Assembly: GCA_052387955.1 (NCBI GenBank)
Contig: JBQTIQ010000064.1
Coordinates: 6,219-70,218, forward strand
Direction of reading: 5' to 3'
DNA: 64,000 nucleotides
Source of the DNA: Acidimicrobiia bacterium
GTDB lineage: Bacteria > Actinomycetota > Acidimicrobiia > Acidimicrobiales > JACDCH01
Under the pieces are notes generated by a model. The model was not told the origin of the DNA, searched no databases, and worked only from the letters and a program-made list of their open reading frames with translations. A program made the translations under genes and the position numbers. Position 1 is the first letter of the stretch. The number at the start of each line of letters is the position of its first letter. Positions 62,978 to 64,000 of this stretch are shown piece by piece.

Positions 62978-63610
62978 TCAGCCCGGGTCGGCGGGAGGCG
63001 GCGCGGTGTCGCCGTCGGGTGCTGCCAGCTTCGACGGTGCTGACGGTGCCTTCTTGGCCGGCGCCCGTTTCGCCACCGGCGCCGCCTTCTTCTTCGCTGG
63101 CGCTGACGCCGCCTTCTTGGCCGGCGCGGACTTCGCGGTGCCGGCCGCGGCCTTCGCCGCCGGCTGAGGGCGAGCAGCGGCGGCCTTCTTCACCGGCGCC
63201 GCCTTCTCCGTCGGCGCGGTCGACTTCGGGGCCGCGAGCGGTTCGTCGGGCGCCGGCACCTTCCCCGGCGCCGGCGCGCTCGCCCGGGCCGGCTTCGACG
63301 GTTTCGGCACGATCGGCAGCTGGGACCGCAGCTCGTCGACCTGTGCCTGCATCCGAGCGATCAGTTCCTTGGTGGCCGACTCTGCCGCCGTGAGCTGCTG
63401 GCGTACGTCACCCAGCACCTGCTTGATCAGCTTGTCGGTGTTCTTGCGGCTCTGCTCGACGAGGTCGGACACGAACGCCTGGGCTTGCTCGGCCTGCAAC
63501 TCGCCGGCCTTGACGAGGTCCTTCACGATCGCCTCGGCCCGTCGCTGGGTCATTTGCGTGAAGGCGATGCCGGCGTCCAGGTACCGCTTCAGAGGCTGGT
63601 TCTGCGCCAT
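62978..63610 (-). CDS. phasin-like helical protein with an Ala/Lys/Pro-rich tail
   Basis: The N-terminal ~100 aa are helical (AIVKDLVKAGELQAEQAQAFVSDLVEQSRKNTDKL). The C-terminal half consists of AKKA/PAKK repeats. Confidence 0.6.
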   Translation of the reverse strand: MAQNQPLKRYLDAGIAFTQMTQRRAEAIVKDLVKAGELQAEQAQAFVSDLVEQSRKNTDKLIKQVLGDVRQQLTAAESATKELIARMQAQVDELRSQLPIVPKPSKPARASAPAPGKVPAPDEPLAAPKSTAPTEKAAPVKKAAAARPQPAAKAAAGTAKSAPAKKAASAPAKKKAAPVAKRAPAKKAPSAPSKLAAPDGDTAPPPADPG

Positions 63611-63746
63611 TTGCGCACCTTAGTTGACCGTCCCCGAGGATTCCGGGGACCGAGGCGCGGCTGCTGGCGCCGCTTCGTCGCTGCTCCCGGGCGCCGCCGG
63701 CGCCGGCGCGGAACCGGGGCCGGGCGATTCTCAATACCGTGGTGCC

Positions 63747-64000
63747 GTGATCCCCCTCAAGGACGACAACCCGACCGCCCGCTTTCCGTGGGTGACGGTG
63801 TTGCTGATCGTGGCGAACGTCAGCGTGTGGCTCTTCGTCCAAGGGGCCGGGCAGTCACCGGTGGCCGAGCAGAACAAGTTCGTGTTCGAGTACGCCGCCA
63901 TCCCGTGCGAGGTGGTGACCGGCGAGCCCTTGACGATCGACGAGGTCGAGACCGATACGTGCATCAGCGAAGCCGAACCCCGGTCTCGTCAGCTGTTCCC
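63747..64000 (+). CDS. rhomboid-family intramembrane serine protease, N-terminal part (continues past the right edge)
   Basis: This gene is not in the ORF track. My translation from GTG 63747 reads VIPLKDDNPTARFPWVTVLLIVANVSVWLFVQG.., which matches the usual rhomboid N-terminus. Confidence 0.65.
   Translation, partial: MIPLKDDNPTARFPWVTVLLIVANVSVWLFVQGAGQSPVAEQNKFVFEYAAIPCEVVTGEPLTIDEVETDTCISEAEPRSRQLF

Overview
The window is a high-GC, actinobacterial-type chromosomal segment, densely coded on both strands. I found no rRNA, tRNA or CRISPR. All product calls rest on motif recognition in the supplied translations plus my own reading of the DNA; no database search was possible.

Layout:
- 1-5.6 kb: a cell-envelope glycan cluster (polytopic membrane protein, NodB deacetylase, GT2, NAD-epimerase, DegT aminotransferase).
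- 6-22 kb: an MFS transporter, a secreted GH6, a DtxR/MntR-type regulator divergent from a Tat-lipoprotein amidohydrolase, an M18 aminopeptidase, gltB-gltD, a membrane protein and Lon.
- 22-34 kb: housekeeping and envelope genes (HAD nucleotidase, Ppm1-type GT2, cyclophilin, AlkA-like glycosylase, O-methyltransferase, lytic transglycosylase, homogentisate dioxygenase, HU with an AKP tail, hydrolases).
- 34-48.5 kb: an aromatic meta-cleavage pathway (4-OT, GlcG-like protein, MCP hydrolase, embedded GntR, hydratase, acetaldehyde dehydrogenase, aldolase, 4-OD, HMS dehydrogenase, XylT-type ferredoxin, catechol 2,3-dioxygenase). It also carries unusual passengers: a PEP-utilizing swivel protein, a DJ-1 protein and an enoyl-CoA hydratase.
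- 49.6-51.4 kb: three toluene-4-monooxygenase-type subunits (TmoB-, TmoD- and TmoE-like) with no alpha subunit, Rieske ferredoxin or reductase.
- 51.7-55.8 kb: accessory envelope genes.
- 56.1-64 kb: a tyrosine recombinase followed by the conserved actinobacterial block NUDIX-pyrG-recN-nadK-tlyA, a phasin-like protein and the start of a rhomboid protease.

Most notable non-genic signals:
1. A pair of ~112-115 bp inverted repeats (45.55 kb and 56.0 kb) with a compensatory hairpin change. They bracket 10.4 kb of accessory cargo, and the right copy abuts the recombinase start.
2. A REP-like ~70-90 nt imperfect-palindrome family with at least 7 copies, including two head-to-tail pairs in divergent promoter regions.
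3. A 31-bp tandem array between the epimerase and GT2 genes. Each unit is a hairpin that sequesters an SD-like GAGGAG followed by ATG.
4. A 60-bp tandem repeat preceded by an AT-rich hairpin.

I found no recognisable defence, toxin or RiPP system.
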